The notes under the pieces were generated by a model that worked only from the letters and a program-made list of their open reading frames with translations, was not told where the DNA came from and did no database searches. From Octopus sinensis (Eukaryota): a DNA stretch of 64,000 nt. The position numbers and the translations under genes are program-made. Shown piece by piece: positions 12,925 to 26,730 of this stretch; within the stretch, counting starts at the first letter, position 1, and the number at the start of each line of letters is the position of its first letter. The stretch is from NCBI RefSeq assembly GCF_006345805.1, contig NC_042999.1:156178001-156242000 (forward strand), read 5' to 3'.

Positions 12925-13500
12925 AGATATCCCTATCTTGCCCAGGATATTAATCGTCTGGAAGCCGTTCAGCGACGTGCAACCAAGAGAATACCTTCCA
13001 TCAGGCATTTACCATATTCTGAATGCCTTACTTCCCTGGGCATGGACACATTGAAGCTCCGACGTCTGGCAGCTGACTTGGCAGACACCCATAAAATTAT
13101 TAACCATCTTACAAACAATAACTCTGAGCACCTTTTCAAACTCTACCTGTCTAACACCTGTGGACATGTTTACAAAGTCAGTAAACAGCACAGCTCCCGT
13201 GACTTTAGGAAACATTTTTTCATGCTGAGAGTTGCTGAAGAATGGAACAAACTGCTGGCATCAGTTGTTAGTTGTCGGAGCACTGCATCTTCAAAACTTC
13301 CATGCTTCCTGAGATTCGCCAACACTACACCTGATTTTCTCCCCTCCATACACACGCAAGCATGTATCTGACTCATACACTGTTCACTTTCCAGACATTT
13401 GTACATTACTGCATTTGCTTTATACACACTTTTGACAAGTTGTGGTGCACCTGAGCACTGTATACAATAATTTCATTATTATTATTATTATTATTATTAT
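12925..13500 (+). mobile_element. CR1/L2-type LINE 3' end
   Basis: LEAVQRRATK..TLKLRRL..RKHFF..RV..WNKL; (ATT)n tail. Sibling copies at 17120-17555 and 19075-19325. Confidence 0.85.
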
Positions 13501-13518
13501 TAAAGATTCATATCAAAC

Positions 13519-13658
13519 CTGATGTTGTTAACTTGGCTATCTAATGGTAGATGATCTGTAACTTTGACAAGTCCCGCATCAGCTATTTTCACTTGGCTCA
13601 TCGTACACAACAATAAGTTACGACAGTGAAGGTTACCATGAACCAAACTCTGTCCCCG
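13519..13658 (-). CDS. JAK: JAK-like kinase, exon 9: pseudokinase catalytic-loop region (LVHGNLHCRNLLL..VKIADAG)
   Basis: Translated by hand. tttcAG and AG|GTTTGA, phase 0/2. HGN replaces HRD, as in JAK JH2 domains. Confidence 0.93.
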
Positions 13659-14720
13659 CTGAAAGTAACAACAACAACAACAATGAAAATTTGTAGGTGT
13701 TTTGTTATTTCTTACATTAAAAATATTTACAAGAATGGCTGTGTGATTAAAAGCTCACTTTCCAACAACATAGGCACAGGAATGGTTGTGTGGTAAGAAG
13801 CTTGCTTACCAATCACATGGTTCCGAGTTCAGTCCCACTGCATGGCACTTTGGGCAAGTGTCTTCTACTATAGCTTCAGGTCGACCAAAGCCTTGTGAGT
13901 GGATTTGGTAGATGGAAACTAAAAGAAGCCTGTCATATATGTGTGTGTGTGTGTGTATGCATTTGTGTATGTTTATCCCCACCACCACCATTGCTTGACA
14001 ACCAATGCTGGTGTGTTTATGTCCCCGTAACAATAGAATAAGCACTAGGTTTACAAAGAATAAATCCTGGAGTTTGATTTGTTCAACTAAAGGTGATGCT
14101 CCAGCATGACCACAGTCAAATGACTGAAAAGAATACATAGTTTTGAGTTCAATCTCACTACAAAGCACCTGGGGCATGTATCTTCTATTATAGCCTTGGG
14201 TCATCCAAAACTTTGTGAGTGAATTTGGTAGACAGAAACTGAAAGAAGCTTGTTAGGTGCATAGACATATGTGTGTGTGTGTGTGTGAGTATAAATATAT
14301 TTATATCTGTGGAGGCACAATGGCCCAGTGGTTAGGGCAGCGGACTTACGGTCATAGGATCATGGTTTTGATTCCCAGACCGGGCGTAGTGTTTATTGAG
14401 TGAAAACATCTAAAGCTTCATAAGGCTCTGGCAGGGGGTGGTGGCGAACCCTGCTGTACTCTTCCACCACAAATTTCTCTCTTTCTTCCTGTTTCTGTTG
14501 TACTTGTATTTCAAAAAGGCCAGCCATGTCACATTCTGTGTCACGCTGAATCTCCCTGAGAACTACGTTAAGGGTACACGTGTCTGCGGAATGCTCAGCC
14601 ACTTGCATGTTAATTTCACGAGCAGGCTGTTCCGTTGATCGGATCAACTGGAACCCTCGTTGTCATAACCATGGAGTACCACGATATTTATATCTATATC
14701 TCTCCCTCTCTCTCTCTCTC

Positions 14721-14758
<38 letters not shown>

Positions 14759-15065
14759 GAGGCGCAATGACCCAGTGGATAGGGCAGCGGACTTGCGGTT
14801 TCAATTCCCAGACCGGGCGTTGTGTGTTTATTGAGCGAAAATGCCTAAAAGCTCCACGAGGCTCCGGCAGGGGTGGTGGTGATCCCTGCTGTACTCTTTC
14901 ACCACAACTTTCTCTCACTCTTTCTTCTGTTGGCCTGCTCGCTTATCCAGCAGGGTGGCATAACTTGAAGGCTAAGACAATGCAAAGCGCATTGTGACCA
15001 GCAATGTGTAGCAACATCTGATAGCCTGGTCGGTCACGGTGATATATATATATATATATAAATAA

Positions 15066-15100
<35 letters not shown>

Positions 15101-15624
15101 TAAAAAAAATAAATAAATGTGCCCTTTTAAAGCCTAGCCAAGCTCATGGGCCCAGTTTCCCAGTTTCTATGGTGTATGTGTCCCCCAGCTGGATGGGACG
15201 CCAGTCCATCACAGCGTTACTCATTTTTGCCAGCTGAGTGGACTAGAGCAACATGAAATGAAGTGTTTTGCTCAAGAATACAACACGTCACCCGGTCCAG
15301 GAATCGAAACCACAATCTTACGATCATGATGCTGACACCCTAACCACTAACCCACATGCCTCCACATATACATACATATATGTGTGTGTGTGCGTGTGTG
15401 TGTCTAAAATAATGAAGGTGGCCAGATGCAATATAAAACCGAAAAGGAAAAATTCAATTGTCACTGATAGTGACAGAGGGTGCAGGTAGCACCTACATTG
15501 CTAGAACCAAAAATAGAGTCAAAGACTCTTGTAGTCACGAAAAGCACATTGTCTATGTAGATGAATTCGACTCAAACCCTCACCTAAAATTTCAGGTCTT
15601 GAGCCTTTAGTCGAAAGGATTATT

Positions 15625-16122
15625 GGAGGAGGGAGGGAGGAGGAGGAAGAGGAGGGGATTAAGAGGATGGGGGTGAAGAGAGGGGGGGTGAAGAAGGGGG
15701 GAGGAGGGATGAGGAGGAGGAAGAAGAGAAGGGGAAGAGATGGGGAGGAAGGGGAGGGGTGAAGAGAAGGAGGATGAAGAGGGGTGAGGGGGGATGAGGA
15801 GGAAGAAGAGATGGGGAGGATGAAGAGGGGTTGAGGGGGGGATGAGGAGGAGGAAGAAGAGACGGGGAAGAGATGGGGAGGAAGAGGAGGGGTGAAGAGA
15901 AGGAGGATGAAGAGGGGTTGAGGGGGGATGAGGAGGAAGAAGAGAAAGGGAAGAGATGGGGAGGAAGAGGAGGATGAAGAGGGGTTGAGGGGGGATGAGG
16001 AGGAAGAAGAGAAGGGGAAGAGATGGGGAGGAGGAAGAGAGGGGAAGGGGAAGCGATGAGGAGGAGGAGATGGGGAGGAAGAGGAGGAGAAGGAGAAGAG
16101 AAGAGGAAGAGAAGAGGAGGAG
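15625..16122 (+). repeat. Polypurine (GA-rich) low-complexity tract with internal higher-order repeats
   Basis: Almost no C on the plus strand. Confidence 0.95.
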
Positions 16123-16134
16123 GTTTATATTTAC

Positions 16135-16347
16135 CAGATACATCAATCCATCTGAGACCTTAGCTGCCATTTTCAATATCAACCCAACACGAACATCAGT
16201 ATTCCGGCAGAGAAATTGACTGACGCTTTTATGATTTGCATATTCCATTACTAGACCACATTTTGGCTTCAGAATTATTCCTTCCATTTGTAAAAAGGAT
16301 GGATTCTTTGACAGAAGATAATGATCCTCAATAGCATTCAAGAAAAA
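16135..16347 (-). CDS. JAK: JAK-like kinase, exon 8: pseudokinase alphaC to alphaE (LVMEYA...DGLMYL)
   Basis: tttcAG and CTG|GTAAAT, 213 nt, phase 0/0. Confidence 0.92.
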
Positions 16348-16530
16348 CTGAAACGATAAATGAAAACCCAAGTTGAAAAGGATAAAATAAATAAAGCAAA
16401 CCTCGTGAAGATATCTTCTAGTGATCTCTAAGTCTTTGGAAGTCAGAAATAGCAGCCAAATCTATAAATCACATCTTAACTTTTAAAGATATTTATGTCT
16501 TTGTGAGTTGAGTCAGAAATAGAAGCTAAA

Positions 16531-16902
16531 TCTCTCTATATATAAACGGCAGTTTGTCTGTGTGTGTTTCTGTGTGTCTGTTAGGTTGTACCCTCACCCT
16601 GACCACGGCTTTCAACCGATTCTGATGAAACTTGACACACACATAGCCCAATGTCATAATTCAAAACTAACGCAGCGAAAACTTTGAAAAGTTCCCCCAG
16701 TTCTGAAAAAAATCGATAAATTCGACATGGCGTCGAGAATCAGAAACACAAACCACAGACTGTCTAGGGGACGCAACTCGACCTTTTTAACTAAAAAAAA
16801 AATTTACCATAATTTTTTTTCCATTTTTTGGCTATAACTCTCTAAAAATGCTTTATAGTTATTTCCCTTACAAACCCGAGCAACGCCGGGCAATACTGCT
16901 AG
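16531..16902 (+). mobile_element. Non-autonomous Helitron-like element
   Basis: 5' TC, subterminal hairpin CCCGAGCAACGCCGGG, 3' CTAG; inserted between A and T with no TSD. Confidence 0.75.
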
Positions 16903-17119
16903 TTTTCTATAAATCACATCTTATCTTCTAGTGATTTCTATATTTTTATGAGTCACAAATAGCTGCCAAATCTATAAACTACCTCTTTTCTGTATATCTC
17001 TGTAAGACAAAAATAACAGCTAAATTTGCTATCAATTACAACTTACCATCTTGCAAGGGCGAACTGAGCCATCGGTCAATTGGGCACTGCCCGAGGGTCC
17101 AGAGCTCTGAGGGGCCTGC

Positions 17120-17555
17120 ACTCTACGTTGAAACTCCTACGTCTGGCAGCTAACTTGGCAGACACCCATAAAATTATTAACCATCTTCCTAACAATAACT
17201 CTGAGCACCTTTTCGAACTCCACCTGTCTAACACCCGTGGACATGTTTACAAAGTCAGAAAACAGCACAGCTCCCATGATTTTCGGAAACATTTTTTCAC
17301 GCTAAGAATTGCTGAGGCATGGAACAGACTGCCGGCATCAGTTGTTAGTTGTCGGAGCACTGCATCCTTCAAAACTTCCATGCTTCCTGAGATTCGCCAA
17401 CACTACACCTGATTTTCTCCCCTCCATACATATGCAAGCATGTATCTGATTCATACACTGTTCACTTCTCAGACAGTTGTACATTACTGCATTTGCTTTA
17501 TACGCACTTTTGACAAGTTGTGGTGCACCTGAGTACTGTATACAATAATTTCATT
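17120..17555 (+). mobile_element. CR1/L2-type LINE 3' end
   Basis: TRGHVYKV..RKHFFTLRIAEAWNRLP; high identity to 13050-13475. Confidence 0.85.
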
Positions 17556-18296
17556 CATCAGTATGGACAGAGTCAATGACTATTGAAAAGGTTGTAAGAT
17601 GCAACGAAAATTTTAGGAAAAATAAATAGGTAAATTAATGGAAACTTTACTGGTGATTGTCATCATCATCATCATCGTTCAACATCCGCCTTCCATGCTA
17701 GCATGGGTTAGACGATTTTGACTGAGGGCTGCACCAGGCTCCAATCTTGATCTGGCAGAGTTTCTACAGCTGGATGCCCTTCCTAACGCCAACTACTCCA
17801 AGAGTGTAGTGGGTGCTTTATGTGTGCCACCGGCACGGGGGCCAGTCAAGCGGTACTGGCAATGACCTCGCTCAAATCTTTCTACACGTGCCAGTGAAGC
17901 AACATTGGTAACGATCACGCTCGAATGGTGCCATTTTACGTGCCACAGGTATGGAAGCCAGTTGGCTGCTCTGGCAATGATCATGCTCGGATGGTGCTCT
18001 TGGCACCCTACTAGCACATGCACAAGTGCCAGTAAGGCGACGCTGGTAACGATCATACTCGAATGGTGCCCTTTTTATGTGCCACAGGCACGGAAGTCGG
18101 TTAGTCGCTCTGTCAGCGATCACACTTGTATGGTGCTCTTTAAGGCTCTAAAAGAGAATGACTCACGCTACAACAAAACTGAGATTGAAAGTTTGAATTT
18201 TAAGTAGAAGCACAAAGAACATGTACAGAATTTTCTTCTCTCTCTCTCTCTCTCTTTTTTTTTTTTTTTTTTTGAAAAGGAAATAGTGATGCAAAC

Positions 18297-18415
18297 CTGT
18301 AAATAGTAAGGAGAATCTGAGAAGTCTTTCAATTGTTTAACAACCACAGGTTTATTTCCATTTCCTTTATGAATACCAACCTTTACATCAGTGAACACAC
18401 CACTTCCAATAAGAG
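18297..18415 (-). CDS. JAK: JAK-like kinase, exon 7: pseudokinase P-loop and beta3 (LIGSGVFTDVKVG...VVVKQL)
   Basis: cccAG and CAG|GTTTGC, phase 1/0. JH2-type GxGxFT motif. Confidence 0.92.
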
Positions 18416-18685
18416 CTGGGGAAAATAAAATGGATATGAAAATAAGAAAAAAAAAATCATTATTTAAACTGGCAGTTATTCATTAATTATTTATTATTTC
18501 TATTACTGGACTGTGGGTAATGCTGGGGGTTTTAGTCAAACAGATCAACCTCATCACAAGTGTCAAATAAGACATACATTCGTTTATGAGTAGTATTCCT
18601 TTCTCTTCTGAATATCTTATGAATGAATTTAAAAAAAAAAAAAAAAGAACAAAAAAAAAGATTTAAAAAAAGAGACTTTGTTCAC

Positions 18686-18805
18686 CTTGTTCTGTTTGGA
18701 AAAAAATATCTGACTGAGAAATTATCTCAGGTTGCGAGTGTTTTGTCACTGATTCTTGTATTCCAGTATAATTTTCAGGTTTACATAGCAACAGATTTGA
18801 AAGCG
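18686..18805 (-). CDS. JAK: JAK-like kinase, exon 6: SH2-pseudokinase linker (ALSNLLLCKPEN...QTEQ)
   Basis: tgcAG and G|GTGAAC, phase 1/1. The SNLL motif is typical of the JAK linker. Confidence 0.87.
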
Positions 18806-19654
18806 CTGCAGAGAAAAGAAAATACAGAAAGGAAGAAATTTACTTTAAGAAAGAGACACATGCACCAATGCACACACATATATCAGTATACAACTCCTTT
18901 AAGTTTCTGCCAACCAAATTCACTCCCAAAGCTTTGGTTGACCTAGAGCTACAGAAAACACTTGCTCAAGGTACTATGCAGTGGCACTGAACCTAAAACC
19001 ATGTTGTTGGGAAGCAAACATTTTAACAACACAGTCATGCTTGTGCCTAAAGCTATGCTTGCATCACTAGGTTTAAAACTGCCATCCGAGAGTTGTTAGT
19101 TATCGGAGCGCTGCAATCCTTCAAAACTTCCATGCTTCCTGAGATTCGCCAACACTACATCTGATTTTCTCCCCTCCATACACACGCAAGCATGTATCTG
19201 ACTAATACACTGTTCGCTTTCCAGACATTTGTACATTAATGCATATAATTTATATGCACTTTTGACAAGTTGTGGTGCACCTGAGCACTATACAAAAATT
19301 TCATTATTATTATTATTATTATTATATGTTATGAGTGTCTCAACAACTCCATCAGGAGTTGAGAGCTCAAGGCAAACCAAGATAAATATATATTTACATG
19401 TTGTACATGTGGTTGCCCAATTTTGGGGTGTGCAAACAGTCATGTGATGAAGTAGTTTGCTTCACAAAATAGGTGCATTAATCAAAAATATCCAGTTGTA
19501 TTTAGTTCTGTCCAAACTACAACCATTCACACTGAGACTGACTTTACAAATAAAACCAATAAAATATACAAGACAACAATTGCTGCAGATAAAATTCCCA
19601 GGTGATCTGGTACCTATTCATGTAAAATGCCCAGTCTCTTTTACAATCTCTTGT

Positions 19655-20338
19655 ACAAGCCTCAAATTGTGTAGGTCTTTACCTCAATGAGTCCAAGATT
19701 GAATATATAAACAAGTGTCTGTCCAACAGTGATTTCATCATCCATACTCTCGACAATACGCTCTTAAATATGGTTTCTGATTACAAATATCTTGGGTCAT
19801 ACATATCATCATCTGAAAAAGATTTTCTAACTAGAAAGGGTATGGCCTGGTCAGCCTGTAATGATATGCATAAGATCTGGTCATCAAATCTAAGTAGAGA
19901 TTTCAAACTTAAAATCTTCAAAGCCACAGTCGAACCAATTCTACTATATGGCTCAGAAACATGGATGTTATCAAAGAAGCTTGAGAGGCAGTCGGATGGA
20001 ACTTACACTCGCCTCCTTATGAGAGCTCAAAATCTCTCGTGGAAGCGTCATCCAACCAAAGTACAAATATATGGGAAACTACCACCTGTATCATCTCTTG
20101 TGAACGGTAGAAGAGTCCTGTTTGCTGGACATTGTTGTAGAGCTGAAAACGAGGTAATTTCTGCTCTTCTCCTCTGGAAGCCATCTACTTGTGATACCAG
20201 AGGGCGCACACTCTCCTACCCTGATGTAATCTCCAGGGATACAGGCATCCAGCAACAGGACCTCCGTAATGCTATGATGTCTGGTGTAACATAGTAAATT
20301 CCATTGTCTCGACCACGGTCAAACAATGATGATGATGA
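19655..20338 (+). mobile_element. RTE-like LINE 3' fragment
   Basis: YKYLGS...ILLYGSETW...FAGHC; (ATG)n tail. Confidence 0.9.
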
Positions 20339-21066
20339 CCTAGGGTCACTGTCGATCATCTGGTGCTAGTACATCTTGGGGCATCCCCTGCATCATTGCC
20401 CCTCAGGGTGCCACTTAAGGACTTAATTAGCAAATCTGTTTGTTGAGAGTCTTACAACAAGCCTCAGCAAACTCAGGGTTAACACATACTGATGGACACT
20501 GAGCATTGGTCTGTTCTTCTTCTGACCTCATCACTGTTGATAAAGTTATTCCATTTGATGGCTGAAAAAATTTGCAGTACTCTTTTACTTGTTTCAGTCA
20601 TCTGACTGTGGCCATGCTGGAGCACTGCCTTTAAAAAAATAAATGCGCCCTTTTAAAGCCTTGCCAGGCTCATGGGCCTGGTTTCCCGGTTTCTATGGCG
20701 TATGTGTTCCCCAGCTGGATGGGATGCCAGTCCATCGCAGCGGTACTCATTTTTGCCAGCTGAGCGGACTGGAGCAACGTGAAATGTGGTGTTTTGCTCA
20801 TGAACACAACGCGTCGCCCGGTCCAGGAATCGAAACCACATTCTTACAATCATGATGCTGACATCCTAACCACTAAGCCACGTGCCTCCAGTATTTGGTC
20901 TTTTTTTTTTTCAAAATCATAATTTATGGGAAGATTATGGGCCTAATTCTTGAATATTCCTCCATTTACATCTAGTAATCTATAAAAATACTCTTGTACA
21001 TTAGTTCACTGTTCTCCCTTAGTTAAAGTATTGAATATAAAGAAAACTTTCACAAAATAAACTTAC

Positions 21067-21335
21067 CAAATTTATCAGGTTTCAGCATTTGGCTCATTTT
21101 ACTACTTTTGATATGTTCCAAAAGATTTATAATGGAAGGAAATGCTTCTTTATATTTCTTTTGAGAATAATCAATGGTTTCATACAATATTTCTTCCTCA
21201 TTTGCATTTCTGCTGTTAAATTTTGGGTTAAAACAAGCAATATGGTAAAGAAATGGGTGGACAACATTCCATTGAATGAGATAACATCCAGGTTGATGAC
21301 ATTTTTTCCGAAGAATATCAGTAATGTATTTTTTG
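21067..21335 (-). CDS. JAK: JAK-like kinase, exon 5: SH2-like domain
   Basis: tacAG and G|GTAAGT, phase 2/1. Peptide LRKKCHQPGCYLIQW...FPSIINLLEH. Confidence 0.9.
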
Positions 21336-22276
21336 CTGTATAAACAAGACAGAAACAAAATTGTAATTTGAAAGTTCTAACATGTAAAATAAATTCTTGT
21401 ACAATCTGAATTATAACGCAAGTAGAATGTGTGTGTGTGTGTGTGTGGTGAAAATAACAATAAGTATGATGAGATAGCATTTGATGAATTCAATTTACAC
21501 TTTGATTTAAATATTGCCAGTACCGCTGGACTGACTCCTGTGCAGGTGGCAAGTAAAGCAACACCGTTTCGACCCTGCGCTTGAGGAGACCTATTGAGTC
21601 AAGTACACCAACATCAAAATCAATGGAAATTGTAGTTGTGATCCCTGTGCTGGTGGTACGTAAAAAGCACCATGTGAATGTGGCCGATGCTAGCGCCGCC
21701 TTGACTGGCTTCCGTGCCGGTGGCACATAAAAAGCACCAACCGATCGTGGCTGTTGCCAGCCTCGCCTGGCACCTGTACCAGTGGCACATAAAGAGCACC
21801 CACTACACTCACGGAGTGGTTGGCATTAGGAAGGGCATCCAGCTGTAGAAACACTGCCAGATCAGGCTGGTGCCTGGTGCAGCCTTCTGGCTTCCCAGAT
21901 CTCGGTCGAACCGTCCCAACCCATGCTAGCATGGAAAACGGATGTTAAACAATGATGATGACAGCTTATTAATGATGTACATGTTTCCACTACATCAGTT
22001 ATCAACTGTTGCATTAACAGCTTTGCCATAACACATGTTTCATCCTTATATATTATAATTTATCAAATCCACTAGACCACTGGTAGAAAAAATTTCTATA
22101 ATTTTTCCTACCCTATATAAATTTTAAGAAATGATTTTAGCAATTTCTGAAGTTTAATAGGAATTTTTAGTTGCTGTCAATTGAGACTGCTATGCGCAGT
22201 GGATTTGAAAAATTATAATATGTAAGGATGAGATGTGTTATTTGGTCTCTAATTTATATGTTAATGTTTTGGTGTA

Positions 22277-22346
22277 CCCGCTGATGAGAACTTCGCCTTG
22301 CAAATTATATTATTTGCTAATTAAAGCTTGAAACCTGAGGTCTGGC
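22277..22346 (+). ncRNA. Type I hammerhead ribozyme motif
   Basis: CCG-CTGATGA-GAACTT...(GCAAAT/ATTTGC hairpin)...AAGCTT-GAAAC-CTGAG-GTC-TGG. Confidence 0.65.
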
Positions 22347-22683
22347 AATAAAACATGGTAAATGTTGCTATTTTCTATTCCCTTCGAAATTGCTCTTAGC
22401 TGTGGTTTGGACTTTTTGACTATTCTTTCTAGTATGTTAGGCAACCTGTTAAGGCTCGCCTCTTTGCATATAAATGTACACTAATTTTTATAGATATATA
22501 TATATATATACATACATGAATACATATGTAAATATATATATATATATGTGTGTGTGTGTGTTTGTACATGTATGTTCTAATGGTAATATTTTAGAACTGT
22601 TTAATTTTTAATAAAAGAGGGAGAACAATGGATGAGGTTTGGTTTTTTTTTAAACAAAAAGAGAACAACTTAAAGAAACATAC

Positions 22684-22841
22684 TCAATATTTCCATGGAA
22701 ACCATGTTCTCGCATATATTTGATACTAGGTGGCTCCACTTGTTCACATAAGCTATTGTAGAAGTCATAAGAAAGCCGAAAATATCCATCTATACATGAT
22801 ACAAATGACACTGCTGATTCTTCATCATCAAAGGATAACAC
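22684..22841 (-). CDS. JAK: JAK-like kinase, exon 4: end of FERM and FERM-SH2 linker
   Basis: SFVSCIDGYFRL..LC..V.PP...HG is a JAK hallmark (SFVSLIDGYFRL). Junctions tttcAG and GA|GTATGT. Confidence 0.95.
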
Positions 22842-23469
22842 CTGAAAAAAATTGATAACATTTCATTTAAATCTTTTGTTACCATATTTTCGTTGAAATA
22901 CATCCTCTTTAATTTAATTAATCTTTAAGTGGCAGAAATCATCAATTTATGCTTCATTAGAGAACAGCAAACATCATCAATTGACATTTCAAAAATTGTA
23001 CAAATTGTACAGTGGTCGTGTGGAAAGATGGTTCTGGGTTCAGTCCCACTGTGTGGCACCTTGGGCAAGTGTCTTCTACTATAGCCTCAGGCAACTAATG
23101 CCTTGTGAGCGGATTTGACAGACAGAAACTGAAAGAAGCCCACCATGTGTGTGTGTGTGTGTCTTTGTTTGTCCCCCAGCCACCGCTTGCCAACTGATGT
23201 TGGTGTGTTTATGTCCCTGTAATTTAGCAGTTCAGTAAAAGAGACCAATAGAATAAGTACTAGAGTTTTAAAAATTAAGACACAGTGTCGAGTTGTTTGA
23301 CTAAAACCCTTCAAAGTAGTGCCCCAGCATGGCCATAGTCAAATGACTGAAACAAGTAAAAGATAAAAATTGAAAGGTACAGCCATCATCAACTGGCGCC
23401 CAAGTGTCTATGCCATCAAATACTCCTAAGCATAAGTAACCCTCATCAATGGGAGAAATAAAGTCACAA

Positions 23470-23935
23470 AGACATACATCATCTCGAAAGAGTTCAGAAG
23501 CTGGCTACCCGCATGGTTCTTGGTTTCAAGCATTTGTCTTATGAAGAAAGGCTGAAGACGCTCGACCTTTATTCTCTAGAAAAACGCCAATGCCGTGGTG
23601 ATCTCATTCTTGCTCACAACATTATAAGCGGAAAGTGTAACCTCTTGAAAGAGCTGTTCTTCACTCCTGCTCCAGAACATGGGCTGCGGGGTCACTCCAA
23701 AAAGCTCTATCTACGACGATTTCATCTCAATCGAAGGAGAGGGGCTTTCTCTGTCCAGGTTGCGGATCCATGGAATAAGCTGCCGGACGAGATAGTGAAG
23801 ATGCCGACGACCGCTCGGTTCAAAGTCTCTCTTGACCAGAAATGGCCTGAACTCTTTGTATGACCACCCTCCCTGTACATAACTCCCAGTCCCCCTACAT
23901 GGCCTTGCTTTTGCTTTTTGAGTCAATAAAATTGA
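23470..23935 (+). mobile_element. CR1-type LINE 3' end (second family)
   Basis: LSYEERLKTLDLYSLEKR..RGDLI..LRGHSKKL..WNKLP. Inverted sibling at about 137-400. Confidence 0.88.
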
Positions 23936-24849
23936 ATTTGAATTTGAAAATTTGAAACTGAATTTGGATCAAACATTTAACAGCATCTCTTTTAGATATT
24001 TACATTCTGAACTCAAATACCACCAAGTTTGACCTTTCAGGTCAATAAAATAACTAAGGTGGCGAGCTGACAGGATCGTTAGCACACTGGGTGAAATTCT
24101 TAGCGGTATTTCACCTGTCACTATGTTCTGAGTTCTGAGTTCAAATTCCGCCAAGGTCAACTCTGCCTTTTATCCAATCAGAGGTCAATAAATTAAGTAC
24201 CAGTTGCATACTGGAGTTGATGTAATCGACTATCCCTCTCCCCCAAATTTCAGGTCTTGTGCCTATAATAGAAAGGTCAATAAAACAAGTACCAGTTCAA
24301 ATGGGGTTGGTATAAATGGTTTCACCCTCTCCTCGAATCTGCTGGTTTTATGCCAAAATCAGAAAGGAAAATCAAAAATATAGTAAAAAAAAAACTTTAT
24401 TCTTATTTAGTTCATTTTTGGAATGTAAATTAATTTGAAATATTATGGAAAAATTTTAATTAATATCACTTAAAAAGATGAAGTTCGAAAGATGGAACAA
24501 AGAGCAATCTTATGCAGATTAGTATCGAAAGGATTAATACGTGTAATAAATGTATATAAATATAAACAAACTAATATTCATTTTTTTGTAAGCATTGAAA
24601 TGTGTATTGTAAGATACAAATAAAATGATAATTTATTTTCAAATATAGAAACATCATTATAACAGCAGAAATATTGGGTAAATTACATTTACAAGGCAGA
24701 AAAATTTGCCAACAAACAGCCATAGGACTCAAACTCACACCCTTCAAAGACTCCAGTCGACTGCTTTACTATTAAGCTAAATTGCCCATTGGCAAATTAA
24801 TCTGCAAATTTAGACGCTATAAAGCTAAATGCAAAATAATACAACTTAC

Positions 24850-24936
24850 TATTGGTGGACTTCGTTTAAAGTTCAACTGTACACTGTTATTAGACTTGAT
24901 TTCAATCCATCTTAAACTACTTATAAAATAGGCACT
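24850..24936 (-). CDS. JAK: JAK-like kinase, exon 3 (SAYFISSLRWIEIKSNNSVQLNFKRSPPI), FERM F3 lobe
   Basis: tttcAG and GTAAGT junctions, 87 nt, phase 0/0, open frame. Not in the ORF track. Confidence 0.82.
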
Positions 24937-25259
24937 CTGAAACAAATAAGATAGAAGTTAAAAATGAAATAATAATAGATGTAATTATAATTTATGTTAG
25001 TTATTATCTTTAAAATATGTGTCTGAAAAGCTGAAGATAGTGAAAGCACTTACACAAAATTTTCTTCCATCAGATTTTTGTTAATCTGTTGCTTTTTAAA
25101 CATATTTTTATATAGATTTTAACTTTAAAAACTGTTATACATACATATATACATACATACATATAAGTGTATTCAGATTACTGTCAAATTTGGGCAAATG
25201 ACTTCTATTATAGCCTCGGACTGAACAAAGCCTTGTGAAAGGATTTGGTAGGCCCGTTG

Positions 25260-25332
25260 TGCGTGTGTGTGTATATATATATATATATATAATATATAGT
25301 GTGTGTGTGTGTATATATATATGTGGTGTGTG

Positions 25333-25363
<31 letters not shown>

Positions 25364-25755
25364 TGTAATATATATATATATTATGTGTGGTGTGTGTGTG
25401 TGGTGTGTGTATATATAGTGTGTGTTGTGTATATATATATATATATTATGTGTGTGTGTGGTGTATATATATATATGTGTGTGTGGTATATATATATATA
25501 TGGTTGTGTGTGTATATATATGTGTGTGGTGTGTATATATATGTGTGTGTGTGTATATATATAGTGTGTGTGTGTATATATATATAGTGGTGTGTGTATA
25601 TATATATATATGTGTGTGTGTGTGTATATATATATGTATAGTGTGTATATATATATATATGTGTGTGTGTGTATATATATATATATGTGTGTGTATATAT
25701 ATTGTGTGTGTATATATATGTGTGTATATATATATATGTGTGTGTATATATATAT

Positions 25756-25812
<57 letters not shown>

Positions 25813-25978
25813 CTACACTCACGGAGTGGTTGGCGTTAGGAAGGGCATCCAGCTGTAGAAACATTGCCAAATTAGACTGGAGCCTGGTGCAGCCTTCTGG
25901 CTTCCCAGAACCCCGGTCGAACCGTCCAACCCATGCTAGCATGGAGAACGGACGTTAAACGACGATGATATATGTGCG

Positions 25979-26014
<36 letters not shown>

Positions 26015-26411
26015 TACATACATACATACAGACACATACATATATATATATATACATACACACATACATATATATATACACACACGTACAAATGCTTCTG
26101 CATGTTACCGAGAAATTTATAGAGAACAAAAAAGCTATATATATATGTGTGTGTGTGTATATAATATATGTATATGTGTGTATATATATATATATATGTG
26201 TGTGTGTGTATATATATATATGTGTGTGTGTGTATATATATATATGTGTGTGTGTGTATATATATATATATGTGTGTGTGTGTATATATATATATATGTG
26301 TGTGTATATATATATGTGTGTGTATATATATATGTGTGTGTATATATATATGTGTGTGTATATATATATATGTGTATATAATATATATATATATATAATA
26401 TATATATAATA

Positions 26412-26453
<42 letters not shown>

Positions 26454-26730
26454 TACACTCACGGAGTGGTTGGCGTTAGGAAGGGCATCCAGCTGTAGAA
26501 ACATTGCCAAATTAGACTGGAGCCTGGTGCAGCCTTCTGGCTTCCAGAACCCGGTCGAACCGTCCAACCCATGCTAGCATGGAGAACGGACGTTAAACGA
26601 CGATGATATATATGTGCGTATATATATATAATATATATTATATATATATACACACACATACATACATACATACAGACACATACATATATATATATATACA
26701 TACACACATACATATATATATACACACACG
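25260..26730. repeat. Compound (TA)n/(TG)n microsatellite field with a ~640-bp local duplication
   Basis: 25811-26137 recurs at 26451-26780. Confidence 0.92.

Noticed and set aside
15607-16134. Pro/Ser/Leu-rich extension of the 254-aa ORF
   Set aside because: Read-through into a pyrimidine tract that lacks stop codons by composition; the donor is at 16134.
24715-24790. tRNA-like sequence on the minus strand, and the many SINE heads, as tRNA genes
   Set aside because: Acceptor and T stems are degenerate and the SINE heads run into repeat bodies; these are SINE or pseudo-tRNA heads.
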